Positions 30,808-44,589 are shown, counted from the first letter of the stretch. The stretch is DNA of 64,000 bases from Octopus vulgaris (GCA_951406725.2 OX597837.1:8060001-8124000); one strand, 5' to 3'. Notes: generated by a model not told the origin, from the letters alone. Numbers and translations: made by a program.

Positions 30808-31940
30808 CTAGCTAAATGACTCGGTGTTGCCCTAGTTACTGCTGTTCTTATTCAGATTAGTAAACAGTTAATTTGAAGATTTATATTTTTTGTCATAACT
30901 ATTTCAAAATATCTATATTCTATTAAAAAAAAATATATATATCCAAATTGTAAAGATAATAGAATTTAGAAGAGAAAATCAGCCAATCTTGAAGCACCTC
31001 AGGGTATACAAAATTCATTGTGTAATTTTTTTGTTGGTGTCCAAATGAATAAATTGTTGTTGCTTCCAACTAGTGAGCAACCAACATGGAGTTGGTCATT
31101 GGAGAAGCAAGTAGCAGAGAAATGAAATGGAACTACCTTGAGGGGTTGACCGTGAGATTTGTTAATTGAAATACCGACACTTAGTTTGACTGGAAACTGA
31201 AGCGTCTTAAATTGAAATGGAACATCTGTAGGTATGAGGGGAAATTTTGGAATGAAGATATTTTCTCCTTTCTGACTACCTGTTGGGATTCTTGCATCTA
31301 GGACATGGAGCTTCATGGAAGTAGCAATTAAGCGAGTTCCATTACACAGGCCAGGTGGGTCTAGGTTTCTCAGCAGCATAATAGGAGCATCTAGCTTTAG
31401 TGTCAAGTTATGCGGTGGCATCCCAGTGGGTTTAAGTGTGTTCAGTAATTCAACAGTGGAGGCACATGGCCTAGTGGTTAGAGCAGCGGACTCGCGGTCG
31501 AGGCATCGCGGGTTCGAATCTCAGACCGGACGATGTGTGTTTATGAGCGAAACACCTAAGCTCCACGCGGCTCTGGCAGAAGGTAATGGTGAAACTTCTG
31601 CTGACTCTTCCGCCACAACTTTCTCTCACTCCTTCCTCTTACATCTTGCAGCTCACCTGCGATGGACCGGTGTCCTGTCCAGGTGGGGAACCTATACGCC
31701 AAGGAAACCGGGAAACCGGCCCTTATGAGCCAGGCATGGCTCGAGAAGCAACAAGTAATTCAACAGTGTATTGAACAGCTTGACCATGATCGACTGTTGT
31801 GTGAATTGATCGAAAAGTAATTTCTGATGTACCTGTGAACTTTTGAAGAAGTTCATGACTGAATTTATCAACCGTTTCATTAGTTGGAGCCAGTATAGCT
31901 CTTTAACTTAGCCAGTTTACATCAGTGTAATTGACAATCG
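30808..31940 (-). mobile_element. Helitron 3' portion with Pif1 helicase pseudogene, interrupted by a SINE
   Basis: Minus translation WLS*RAILAPTNETVD...[45 protein letters not shown]...[18 protein letters not shown]; subterminal GC hairpin remnant then CTAG|T terminus at 30811-30807. Confidence 0.9.
31458..31753 (+). mobile_element. family C-related SINE with alternative 3' tail, inserted in the Helitron
   Basis: tRNA head; direct repeat AGTAATTCAACAGT(G) at 31444 and 31754 (target-site duplication); the helicase frame rejoins when it is removed. Confidence 0.92.
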
Positions 31941-32042
31941 CACATACACTCAAACACGCATACACTCACATACATATACTAAGACAGACACACACAGATA
32001 TACATTCACGCACACCTCAGGGTAAACAATATTCATTATTGA

Positions 32043-32274
32043 AGGCGGCGAGCTGGCAGAAACGTTAGCACGCCGGGCGAAATGCTTTGTGGTATTTCGT
32101 CTGTCGTTACGTTGTGAGTTCAAATTCCGCCGAGGTCGACTTTGCCTTTCATCCTTCCGGGGTCGATAAATAAAGTACCAGTTTCGCACTGGGGTCGATG
32201 TAATCGGCTTAATCCGTTTGTCTGTCCTTGTTTGTCCCCTCTGTGTTTAGCCCCTTGTGGGTAATAGAGAAATA
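32043..32274 (+). mobile_element. family B SINE, full length (central domain resembles the Meta-SINE domain)
   Basis: GCCTTTCATCCTTCCGGGGTCGATAAATAAAGTACCAG core; flanking direct repeat AATATTCATTAT at 32028 and 32275. Confidence 0.9.
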
Positions 32275-32948
32275 AATATTCATTATATACTTGTCAGTTA
32301 TAACATATGTATATGTATGTGTAGGTGTGTGTGTGAGCCAATTCTAGACTTTTGTGCAACATCACTCTCTCTCTCTTTCTCTCTCTCCTTCTCCATATCT
32401 CTCTCTTTCTGAATAGCTAACACTTCAATTGCATCTCTTTGTATAACGGCCTATCTCTCTCCCTGTGTGTATGTCTCACTCTTTAGATGTGTGCGTGCGT
32501 GTGTATGCGTGTGTGTGCCATCCGTCACAAAAATATCTGTATACTCACACACACATAAACTCTCACATACACACATATACTTGTCAGTCATCACATATGT
32601 ATATGTATGTGTAGATGTGTATGTGTGTGTGTGTGCTTAATTCTCTGAGGCCTAACGTGCGTAACGAACGCGCAAAAACAAACACGCTCACGGACACAAA
32701 CACACTCATGCAAAATGTGACGTCGTATTGGTGGTGGTATAAAATGTCCTTAACTGTAGTTGATTATAGAAAGATTATTTTAGATTGTATTATATTGTTT
32801 CAATCCAAAATGAAAATAGACATTACATGTTGACACTCGCGGGGTCCAATCATATTACCTTGTAAAAGTTGATTAGAGTTTGGTCGCGCCATTTGATAAT
32901 GTACAGGAAACAGACGGACAGATAAACAGAGAGACAGACAAAGAATTA

Positions 32949-33023
<75 letters not shown>

Positions 33024-33139
33024 ATTAGCAAGGATGGCACGTATGAATGACGAAGCCACCTTGAGCATAATCCTATGAACCCAGAAATTGAAAACAGAGG
33101 GTTACCCACTTGCAAACAAATGTGGTAACATATAACAAT

Positions 33140-33490
33140 ATTGACCAAGGTTACCGTGGTCTTTTTCGTAGGCTTTTGTTCCCACGGATAAACCTTACTT
33201 GCTTTCCCCTTTACACCATATATCATAACTCTGTGATACACGATCCCTATTGATCGTTTTTTTTCCTCTTCCCCTTTTTTGTCCCCTTTTTTCTTCTCTT
33301 TTCATTTCTCTTTCCTTTTGTTCCTTTTCCTTTTTTTTTCTTCCCTTTTACGATCCCTCTTGATCGAAAACCTACGCCACCCCCTCTTTTTTTTTCTTTT
33401 TTTTTTTGCTCTCTTCAACCCCCAAAAGAAAAGCTCTACCTTGTAACTTGTCCCATCTGTGTGCAGCCCTGTGTGGCCAATAAAGAAACT
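33140..33490 (+). mobile_element. probable LINE 3' UTR remnant
   Basis: Pyrimidine-rich tract ending CCCTGTGTGGCCAATAAAGAAA before a microsatellite; no coding part visible. Confidence 0.4.
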
Positions 33491-33573
33491 TATCTATCTA
33501 TATATATATATATATATATATACATGCATACAAGCATAGATATATATATATGTTCATATATATATTATACTCA

Positions 33574-33604
<31 letters not shown>

Positions 33605-34007
33605 CGCATGAATGCATGTATGTTTGTATTTATGTATATGCCAATATATAGTAATGCCAATGTACATACATACATACACATAGATATAATAATAGATAGA
33701 TAAATAGATAGAAAAATAGATAGACAGATAGATAGACAGACAGACGGATAGATAAATACTTAGACATAGATATATCGTTTGATAAAAAGATGAATAGAGA
33801 AAACATCTTTATTAAAATAAGCATGGATTCATTTTTCTAATAACAGTACATTATTTTAATATCTATAAAATAGAGATTATTTTAATATCTATGGATATAG
33901 ACTTTATTGTTTCCAGTAGTTTCAAATAAATATTTAACCATACCCACATATATATACATACATATACATGCCTAGATACATACATACATAATTACTTACA
34001 CATTACG

Positions 34008-34192
<185 letters not shown>

Positions 34193-34399
34193 AGGTTTAT
34201 TTATATATATATATACACATTATTTTTTGTGATTTTAGTAGTGCTGTTGCCTTCAATAGAGATAGCTAGCAAAATCAATTCTGTATATTATCTGTTAGTG
34301 AATACTAACCATATCTTTTGAATTCATTATTGTTTTGGTCTGGTCTGCTCTACGTTATGATGTGATATTTCTCAGTGAAACATAAATGACAACGTTTTC

Positions 34400-34650
<251 letters not shown>

Positions 34651-34998
34651 GTTGGTCTTGTTATTGTTATTATTGAGGCATCAATTTATATGGTAAATAT
34701 ACATAATGACAGAGGTTTTAGCTGAACCATCCGAGCAATGTGGAGAGACACTGCTGCCGAGTGTGAGATTAAGAGACAAAACTAGTGTAGTCCAGTAGTT
34801 TTCCACCTTTGCTCATGAGCGGTTATCTCTCCTCTCAATGTATATATATATATGTGTGCGCTTATGCAGTTTAAATGTTTTAACTCATATTTCTCACAAT
34901 ATAGATACTATTCAGCATCCTCAGTCACAATTTGTGACGATTAAACTTTTCCTTTATGGCTTTATATTGCGTATAGCAGCGTATATTAATTCATGTAC

Positions 34999-35029
<31 letters not shown>

Positions 35030-35128
35030 CGCATATATACACACATATATGTATACAGAGACGCACATACATATGGTATTATATGCATATATGTTCCTAT
35101 CTACATATATCTGTGTATGCGTTATACT

Positions 35129-35183
<55 letters not shown>

Positions 35184-35358
35184 TGTATTCTAGATATACA
35201 TATAGATGTATGTATATAAACATACACGCATACACACATATACATACATACATATATATACACATGCACATATATATATGTACATACATGCACATATATA
35301 TGTATACATACATATATATATATATATATATGTATATGTATACATACATACATACATG

Positions 35359-35426
<68 letters not shown>

Positions 35427-35844
35427 TTTTTCTCTTTCTACTCTTTGGTGCCTCGTTCAGGATTAAATCCATTCTTTTTTCCTTTTTTTTCTTTTGTTAC
35501 CATTTTTTTTCTTTTTCTTTTTATTTGTCTGACTACTTCAAATCACAATTTTTGCAGCAGGTGGTGATTATCCGCTTCAGTAGTTAAGTTAATCACCGAC
35601 GTACTTTTACGCTCATAAAAATCTCTCTACAGAATGTAAATCACATCTCATTTATATCCAATATTATATATTATAATTACTTCCCGCAGGAAAGCTATAT
35701 ACAAAATGAAGAAATAAGATAGAACGAAGGGAGAACGGATTATCTCCCTTGCTTAATCTTACTCCTATACGCCATATTTTGTTTCTCGTGTACTATTTTA
35801 TATTAAAATATCTGACGGCAATTAATTATTGATATTCAGTAATA

Positions 35845-36115
35845 CGTGGTCTGATCAATAAGTATACGGACTGTTGCCATTGTAACGAAGTTAAAGCACG
35901 TAGATTGAAGCCGCTTGGCGTAAATTTACCTTGAAATTTGTTGTGTACGTGCATTAAGTTTTAACGTTCTAGCTCACTTCTGCAGTTTACAGCAGTGCTT
36001 GGAAGCAAGGTGTGTAGTGTGTGATCGTCGCATTGACCATGACAGAGAAAGTTGAGCAGAGAATCTTTATCGAATTTGCCAAAAGCTTAGCGATACCTGC
36101 TCAAAGGCCTACATA
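35845..36115 (+). mobile_element. mariner element 5' end with transposase N-terminus (pseudogene)
   Basis: TA|CGTGGTCTGATCAATAAGT TIR-like end; ATG at 36039 gives MTEKVEQRIFIEF/(frameshift)CQKLSDTCSKAY, a mariner HTH start; truncated by a SINE. Confidence 0.75.
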
Positions 36116-36118
36116 CAA

Positions 36119-36301
36119 AGGCGCAGGAGTGGCTGTGTTCTAAGTAGCTTGCTTAACAACCACATGGTTCCGGGTTCGGTCTCACTGCGTGGCATCTTGG
36201 GCAAGTGTCTTCTACTCGGGCCGACCAAAGCCTTGTGAGTGGATTTGGTAGACGGAAACTTAAAGAAGCCCGTCGTATATATATATATATATATATATAT
36301 C

Positions 36302-36353
<52 letters not shown>

Positions 36354-36557
36354 TGTTTGTGTGCTTGTGTTTTGCCCCCCTAGCATTGCTTGACAACCGA
36401 TGCTGGTGTGCTTACGTCCCCGTCACTTAGCGGTTCGGTTAAAGAGACCGATAGAATAAGTACTGGACTTACAAAGAATAAGTCCCGGGGTTGATTTTCT
36501 CGACTAAAGGCGGTGCTCCAGCATGGCCGCAGTCAAAGGAGTGAAACAAGTAGAAGA

Positions 36558-36565
<8 letters not shown>
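36119..36565 (+). mobile_element. family A SINE, full length
   Basis: Homology to 2195-2594. Confidence 0.92.
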
Positions 36566-36602
<37 letters not shown>

Positions 36603-36909
36603 ATACCTTGCATAACTTGTTAAAAAAAAGACTGGAACTGGTCGGACAAAAGCCATAAAACTTTTGAAGAAATTTAAAACGCCTGAAGTTCGGAATTGTC
36701 GTTATCACATTTTGACCCGAATTTAGAAACAGTAGTGGCAGCAGATGCTAGTGAAAGTGGCATTGGAGCTGTGATTTTACACAAATATGAAGATGGTAAC
36801 CTGAAAGCAGTGGCTCATGTTTCGCATTCATTATTACTGGCTGAGAAAAGTTACAGTCAAATAGAAAAAAAATAGATATTAGCTATATTTGCGATAAAAA
36901 AAATTCCAT

Positions 36910-37341
36910 GGATCTTGACCGGCAGTTTTTAAAAATAATTTCCACGTAACTAAACACTTTTAAACTTCGTATACTGATAGAATGTGTTTATAAAGCATCT
37001 TTTTCTCTTGGCTTTATTGAGAAAATTCTATAGTTTGTTAGATATTTGTTGTTTTTTTCTTCAATGTCTGCAATTTCAACTAATCAATGACATCTATCGA
37101 GGTGAAAACATTCTGTGCCGTATGAATATGTCCCTCGTTTAAGAAACAGATTGGATTTATTTACATTTGTGAAGAAGAAAAAGATAGCCTTTCCCCCACC
37201 CCTAACTCTAACTAACTCTAACTCTAGCCCTAACCCTAAAATAGATTGAAATGCAATAGATCGATACTAGGGTCATAATTATGGGTGACAATTTCATATG
37301 ACACCGCTAGAAAAAAACTGCCTTTCAAACCTAAAAGATCC
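36910..37341. mobile_element. non-autonomous DNA transposon (MITE) with 8-bp TSD
   Basis: AATTCCAT at 36902-36909 and 37342-37349; termini GGATCTT...GGCAGTTTTT / AAAAACTGCC...AAGATCC; GG..CC ends with 8-bp TSD suggest Merlin (hAT not excluded). Confidence 0.88.
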
Positions 37342-37537
37342 AATTCCATAAATTTATACATGGACGAAAGCTCTGTCTGCAGACAGACTTTCGCTCATTA
37401 TTGTCGATCTATGGATCAAAAAAGGGTATTCCCGATCAAACAGTCAACAGATTGCAGCGCTGGAGGACGATTCTACTGAATTACGGCTTCAAGATGGAGT
37501 ATTTGCCATCGAAAAAATCGGGTCTTGCAGGTGGTTT

Positions 37538-37951
37538 AACTCTTTTACTCTTTTACTTGTTTCAGTCATTTGACTGCGGCCATGCTGGAGCACCGCCTTT
37601 AGTCGAGCAACTCGACCCCACCAGGACTTATTCTTTTTGTAAGCCCAGTACTTATTCTATCCGTCTCTTTTTGCCGAACCGCTAAGAGACGGGGACGTAA
37701 ACACACCAGCATCGGTTGTCAAGCAATGCTAGGGGAACAAACACAGAGACACAAACATACACACACACACTTATATATATATATACATATATACGACAGG
37801 CTTCTTTCAGTTTCCGTCTACCAAATCCACTCACAAGGCATTGGTCGGCTCGGAGCTATAGCAGAAGACACTTGCCCAAGATGCCAAGCAGTGGGATTGA
37901 ACCCGGAACCATGTGGTTCGTAAGCAAGCTACTTACCACACAGCCTCTCCT
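37538..37951 (-). mobile_element. family A SINE, full length, inserted in the Gypsy remnant
   Basis: Homology; the pol frame resumes after it. Confidence 0.92.
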
Positions 37952-38636
37952 GTTTGTCAAGATTAATATCAAAATACAGTGAACCACTAGAAGACACAGT
38001 AATAGCGGCGTTAAAAGCCGAAAATGAATAAAAAATATATTGTACAACGTTGTGCGTGAATTGCTTGACATTGGAGGAAATAAATATTAAGGCAGAGACG
38101 GATGAGATATCATAAAAATGAGAAAAAAAAAATGGCGAGATCAGAAGAAACAAATGAAACAATACGTGTGGATGGTCGTAATACAGTTTCGAATTTGTAT
38201 TCACACATATGTTTTATTTTGAATGAGATATACACACTACTGAAATTTCTAGGGAATTCTTTTCGCAGAGTAAGCTTTCTCTTTTTTATATATCTGTATG
38301 TTTATATGTGTGTGTGAGTGTCTGTAATTTGTTTCTTTATAGTAAACTGGTCCCGACTAAAACTACATATATATATTGTAATGGGCGTGTGAAAGCAGTG
38401 TTGTGAATAAACAAACATTTAGATCCTTATTAATTGTGACATGTTTGACTGTGTAAAATACCGTTTCTCGCTTTAGGCAGACAATAGGTGTTGAAAAACG
38501 CTGGCAGTCATTTCAAGACCCTATCTCGGCGGGGCGGATATCAGATATCATTTGGTAATGATGATACTTAATTAATAATTTCTAGGTTTTTGGACTTTCT
38601 GTCCACACACACACACACACGTACGTACCTACGTAA

Positions 38637-38687
<51 letters not shown>

Positions 38688-38834
38688 TATGTATATACGT
38701 ATGTGGTCTTCCGACTTTATTTAAATTCTGCCCCAGAGGAAGGAACTAGTTTCTGACAAAAATACAAAGCCCCATCCTTGGAATGTAGATTACAAAAACA
38801 TTCAAATTTTAATTTTGAGAAAGGTCTTGCAGTA

Positions 38835-38955
38835 TCACAACTGGTACTCAATATATCGACCCCAAAAGGAATTTGAGCTCGGAACATAAAGGCCAGACGA
38901 AATACAGCTAAGCATTTTGCCCGGTGTGCTAACGATTTTGCCAGCTCGCCACCCT
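38835..38955 (-). mobile_element. family B SINE fragment
   Basis: CTAAGCATTTTGCCCGGTGTGCTAACGATTTTGCCAGCTCGCC. Confidence 0.8.
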
Positions 38956-39070
38956 TAAAAGTTAATCCTTTCTACTAAAGACACAAAACTGAAATGTAAG
39001 GGCGGACTCAGTCAGTTGATGAGGCACTCATCTAGTCGATGAGACACTCATCTGTCTATCTTCCTGCTCC

Positions 39071-39145
<75 letters not shown>

Positions 39146-39243
39146 CTCTCTCCTCTCTGTCTGTCTGTCTGTCTGTCTGCCTGCCTGCCTGTCTGTCTGT
39201 CTGCCTGCCTGTCTTTCTCTCTCTCTCTCTCTCTAGCTGTCTG

Positions 39244-39350
<107 letters not shown>

Positions 39351-39897
39351 TTCTTTCTTCTAGTATCAACGAAGTTGGAAATAGGTAGAGGTAAGAAAGT
39401 AAGGTTCACATCAAGGACTCTTCAATCCATCCACGACCACCACAACGGCAACGATCACGACGACGACCACCACAACCACCACCACCACCACCACCACCAC
39501 CATGACCCCACCACCATTACTCTGTAGACACGTTCCAGAAACATAAGATACCTATTTCTTCGTTATTCTCAAATAAATCGATCCATCGATTCTTTTTGAT
39601 CCGTTTCCGAAAAGGAACAAATATAAATAAAAAAATAAATGAATAATTAAATAAAATAAATAGATAAAAAGAAATGCTTATTTTATCAACTTTTATTTCA
39701 CGCATTTTTAATTACTTTTTAGTTTTTACACCTTTGTTTATAATTAATTTTGAGAAAGTTTGCAAAAATGTATTTAAAAAAATAAATATATATAAAAAAG
39801 CATGTTAAACAATGTATATAAAAATATGCAAAACAAAAAATTCGTTTAAGGAAAAATACAAAAGAATCGAAGAACCGATTTTTCATCTTCATTTAAG

Positions 39898-41050
39898 ATG
39901 TTGTTGTTGTTGTTCTTATTGTTGTTGTTTTTGGTGTTGTTGTTGCTGCTGCTGCCGCTACTAGTGCTACTGTTGTTGCTGCTGTTGTTGTTGAGATTGA
40001 TGCTGCTACTGCCACATTTGCTGTTGTCGTCGCTGCTGCCACCGCTACTGCTTCTACAGCTATTGTTGTTGTTATTATTATTATTTGTTTTTGGTGCTGT
40101 TGTTGTTCCTGCTCTCACTAACGCTACTGTTGCTGCTGTGTTGTTGTTGTTGTTGCTGTTGGGATTGTTGCTGCTGCTGCTGCCACTGCCACCATTGCTG
40201 TTGTCGTTGCTGTTGCCGCCACTACGGCTTCTGCAGCTGTTGTTGTTGTTCTTATTGTTGCTTTTGGTGTTGTTGTTGCTGCTGCTACAAGTCCTACTGT
40301 TGCTGTTGTTGCTGTTGTTGTTGCTGTTGTTGAGATTGTTTGTGCTGCTGCCACTGCCACTTCTGCTGTTGTCGCCGCTACTGCCGCCTCTACTACTTCT
40401 GCAGCTGTCGTTGTTGTTGTTATTATTATTATTATTTTTTGGTGTTGTTGTTCCTGCTATCACTAACGCTACTGTTGCTGTAGTTGTTGTTGTTCTTATT
40501 GTTGCTTTCGGTGTTGTTGCTGTTGTTGTTGAGATTGTTGCTGTTGCTGCCACTGCCACTATTGCTGTTGTCGCCGCTGATGCCGCCGCTTCTGCCGCCG
40601 TTACTGCTTCTGCAGCTGTTGTTGTTTTTAAATATTGTTTTTGGTGTTGTTGTTCCTCCTGTCACTAACGCTACTGTTGCCGTTGTTGTTGTTGTTGTTG
40701 TTGTCATCGCTGCTGCCGCCGCTATTGCTTCTGTAGCTGTTGTTGTTATTATTGTTTTTGGTGTTGTTGTTCCTGCTCTCACTAACGTTGTTGTTGCTGT
40801 TGTTGTTGTTGTTGTTGTTGTTATTATTGAGATTGTTGCTGCTGCTGCCGCTGCCACTATTGCTGTTGTCATCGCTGCTGCCGCCACTACTGCTTCTGCA
40901 GATATTGTTGTTGTTATTTTTGTGTTTGGTGTTGTTGTTGTCGTTCCTGCTGCCACTAACGCTACTGTTGCTGTTGTTGCTGCTACTGCCGCTACTGTGG
41001 TTGTTCTTTATGCTGCTAGTGCTGATACTGCTGTTGTTGTTGTTGTTGTT
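39898..41050. repeat. degenerate (GTT/GCT)n with higher-order minisatellite structure
   Basis: TTGTTCCTGCT(C/A)TCACTAACG-type motif recurs at ~40102, 40448, 40650, 40767 and 40942. Confidence 0.85.
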
Positions 41051-41578
41051 GAGAGGAACGGTCTTCGTCCCAGAGCTCGCAAGATGGGAGAAGTTCCGAA
41101 ACGTGCTCCTTTGCTATTCGTAAGACCCGCAGAAGAGAAAACAGGTCAACCCCCGACACCGAGAGCATCGACGGATGGATGAATGCGCATCCAGGCTCAG
41201 CGGTTGCGTAAGAAATCGGGGACAAGAAACAGGAAGAAAGAGTGAGAGAAAGTTGGGGCGTAAGAGTAAAACAGAAGTCGCCACCACCCCTTGCCTGGAG
41301 ATTGCCCGGAGATTGCCTGGAGATTGTCCGGAGATTGCCCGGAAATCGCCGGAGATTGGCCGGAAATCGCCCGGAGATTGCCCAGAAATCGCGGGAAGAG
41401 TGAGAGAAAGTTGGGGCGAAAGAGTAAAACAGGAGTCGCCACCACTCCCTGCCGGAGCCTTGTGGAGCTTTTAGGTGTTTTCGCTCAATAAACACACACA
41501 ACGCCCGGTCTGGGCATCGAAATCGCGATCCTCTGACCGCGAGTCCGCTGCCCTAACCATTGGGCCATTGCGCCTCCA
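41051..41578 (-). mobile_element. family C-related SINE with a third 3' tail and internal 11-mer expansion
   Basis: Head reverse complement at 41490-41578; about 9 copies of GGAGATTGCCC/GGAAATCGCC at 41296-41395; duplicated GAGTGAGAGAAAGTTGGGGCG block. Confidence 0.85.
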
Positions 41579-42439
41579 CTTGCCGCTGGTGGTGCTAATA
41601 TTGCTGTTGTTGATGCTGCTGTTGTTGTTGTTGTTGTTGCTATTGTAGTTTTCGCTATTGCCACCACTGGCGCTGCTGCTGCTGTCGCTCTCGTTGCTGT
41701 CATTGTTGTCCTCACTGCTGCCACTACGGCCACTGCTGCTCCCGTCGTCATTATTGCTGCGGTTCACCTTGCTCTTGCTGCTGTTGTTCTCCTAAGCTAC
41801 TTTAAATTCCTCATTTATTATGTTTTCCTTTATTTTTTTCTCTTAAAAATCACCTTAAATTGGAAATTTTAATATAATTCTGAACTAAAATCCGCTTCTT
41901 TTTCTCACTTTCATTTTTTGTGCGCGCGCATGTTTATCCTTTTCTTTTCTGCTCTTTTTTTTTCCATCATTTTATACAGAAGAACGCACCTGTTGAAAAT
42001 TTTGGATTTAGAAATAAAAGGTAAATAATATATTGCTCACCCTTCCCACACACCTTCCATTAACACGCGCGTGCGCACACACACATATTGGCACATACAC
42101 ACTCACACGCAGTTACAAATTCATTCGCGTGTACTCATACACACATTCACACACAGTGGCACCCATACGCACTTTGACTCAGGCACACACAATTAGACAC
42201 ACACACACACAGGCACCCATACGCGCTCTGACTCAGGCACACACACACAATCACTCACACATACACAATCACATACACATTGACAAATACAGGCACACGC
42301 AGTTACAAATTCATTCGCGTGTACTCATACACACATTCACACACAGTGGCACCCACACGCACTCTGACTCAGGCACACACAGACACACACAATCACACAC
42401 ACACACACACACGCACAAGCACACACACACACACACACA

Positions 42440-42474
<35 letters not shown>

Positions 42475-42867
42475 AGGCACACAGACACGCACACACACGC
42501 ACACACACGCACACAAACAAACAACAAACACACACAGAGGCACGTACACACATGCGCACAAATAAAGAAAGAGCGAACTGGAAACTGCGCGAAGAAAAAA
42601 AAAAAATAAGAAAGAGAGCGAGGTGGAGAGAGAGGGAGGAAGGGGTGGGGTGGGGGGAAGAATGATATAATTATTTGCTGTTGCTAACGAAAGAATGAAT
42701 ATAAAAAACGAAATTGTTTACAAAAATTTGATAGCAATGGAGCGACACCGATTGCGATTCTAATTAAAGTGTGAACCCGTATATGCGCATGCGCGCGCGT
42801 GTGTGGGCATATGTGTGTGTGTGTGTGAGTATATATATAGATATATATATATATCTATATATACCTG

Positions 42868-42902
<35 letters not shown>

Positions 42903-43202
42903 ATATGATATATATGTATATACATACGTATGTGTGTGTTTGCGTGTTTATGCGTGTGCGTGTGTATGTCTGGGTGTGTGTGAGTGTATTTAAATATACA
43001 TATTTTCTGTTACCTGAGTGTATTAACATCTGCATGTATATATGTGTATGTATATAAGTACATGCATATACAGTATATATATATATGCATATATATATAT
43101 GTATATATATATATATGTATGTATGTATGTATATATATATTTATATATGCATGTGTGTATGTATGTATGTATGTATACATGTATACATACATAAATCTTC
43201 AT

Positions 43203-43263
<61 letters not shown>

Positions 43264-43358
43264 ATGTATATGTATATAAATTTATATAGATAATGCATAT
43301 ATTTTTTCTGCATGCATATATACACATACAATCATGGACACACAGACACACACATACG

Positions 43359-43394
<36 letters not shown>

Positions 43395-43778
43395 CACAGA
43401 CACGCACACATAAAGTGCAGGATTGTGCGTGCTAATATATATATATATATATATATAGGATGTCTGTGAAATGCATTGAAAGAATAAAATAAATATTTAA
43501 TTACAGTTGTTTCATAATTAGATATAAATCCCAAATATCTGTCGAATGACTGCATGCGCGCGCGTGTGTGTGTGTATTCGCGCGTGTGTGCGTGTATTTG
43601 GGTGTCTTTGCATGTGTGTGCGTGTATTTGGGTGTCTTTGCATGTGTGTGCGGGTTCTGTGTGCTTCTCTCTCACACACTCACTCTATGGGTGCATATAT
43701 TCTAATGGTCTTCGACTTCTCGAAAATAATCTAGGGTTTGTGTCGTGCAATTTAACAATGCATGAGTATGTATATATG

Positions 43779-43832
<54 letters not shown>

Positions 43833-43839
43833 TACATAT

Positions 43840-43922
<83 letters not shown>

Positions 43923-44051
43923 TATATATATGTATATACTTTATTTAAGAGCAGCAGAAATTTAACAAAAGCTGTTACTCGGAGTTTCACGTTCCCGATC
44001 GTCGGACAGTTTTGTTAAATGTATATATATATATATATATGTCAGGACGCC

Positions 44052-44243
44052 ATGATAGATCGTTAGCTCCTACACGCATTTTTTTCTCTCCTTGTTTTTC
44101 TCCTGTGTATCTTTCTGTCGAAGAGCGGAGGCTCGAAGCGTAAAAGACTTTTTCTATTTCTATTCCTGAGCGCTATATTAATACATTTGTTTGTTTGTAC
44201 TCCACCTGTCTTCGTCTTTTGTTTATATTCGTTAACTTTCTCG

Positions 44244-44245
<2 letters not shown>
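44052..44245 (+). mobile_element. second copy of the 18755-18940 hammerhead-like short element
   Basis: UCUUU-CUGUCGA-A-GAGC ggag GCUC-GAAG-CG-UA-AAAGA at 44110-44147. Confidence 0.65.
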
Positions 44246-44284
<39 letters not shown>

Positions 44285-44289
<5 letters not shown>

Positions 44290-44513
44290 ATAGAAGGAGC
44301 TTCTACAGGACTAGAACTGTTTCATTCAAATGAAATCATCAGGAAGCTTGCTGTCAAAATGAGATCTTATTTTGACAGCAAGCTTCCTGATGATTTCATT
44401 TGAATGAAACAGTTCTAGTCCTGTAAAAGCTCCTCTATAAAATAAATTAATTTACTCTGCTATGTATTGAGTACCTTACTTACTGTGGTTAACCCCGACT
44501 CAATCCGGGACCT

Positions 44514-44518
<5 letters not shown>
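44285..44518. mobile_element. palindromic Penelope-like fragment (~80 bp arms, 44285-44443) with CUGAUGA/GAAA/GUC boxes
   Basis: Near-perfect inverted repeat centred at 44364/44365; CTGATGA 44387, GAAA 44406, GTC 44418; flanked by (TA)n on both sides. Confidence 0.65.
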
Positions 44519-44562
<44 letters not shown>

Positions 44563-44589
44563 TGATAGATCGTTAGCCACTACACACAC

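Larger units (their letters stand above)
36600..38140 (+). mobile_element. Ty3/Gypsy pol remnant (RT connection + RNase H + linker) split by nested insertions
   Basis: LSHFDPNLETVVAADASESGIGAVILHKY...EKSYSQIEK (36700-36905), FHKFIHGRKLCLQTDFRSLLSIYGSKKGIP...RLQRWRTILLNYGFKMEY (37344-37535), LSRLISKYSEPLEDTVIAAL (37954 onward); many stops. Confidence 0.88.

Noticed and set aside
39846-41182. Mucin-like Thr/Ala-rich repeats on the minus strand
   Set aside because: The frame shifts between repeat units, and there is no signal peptide or splice context
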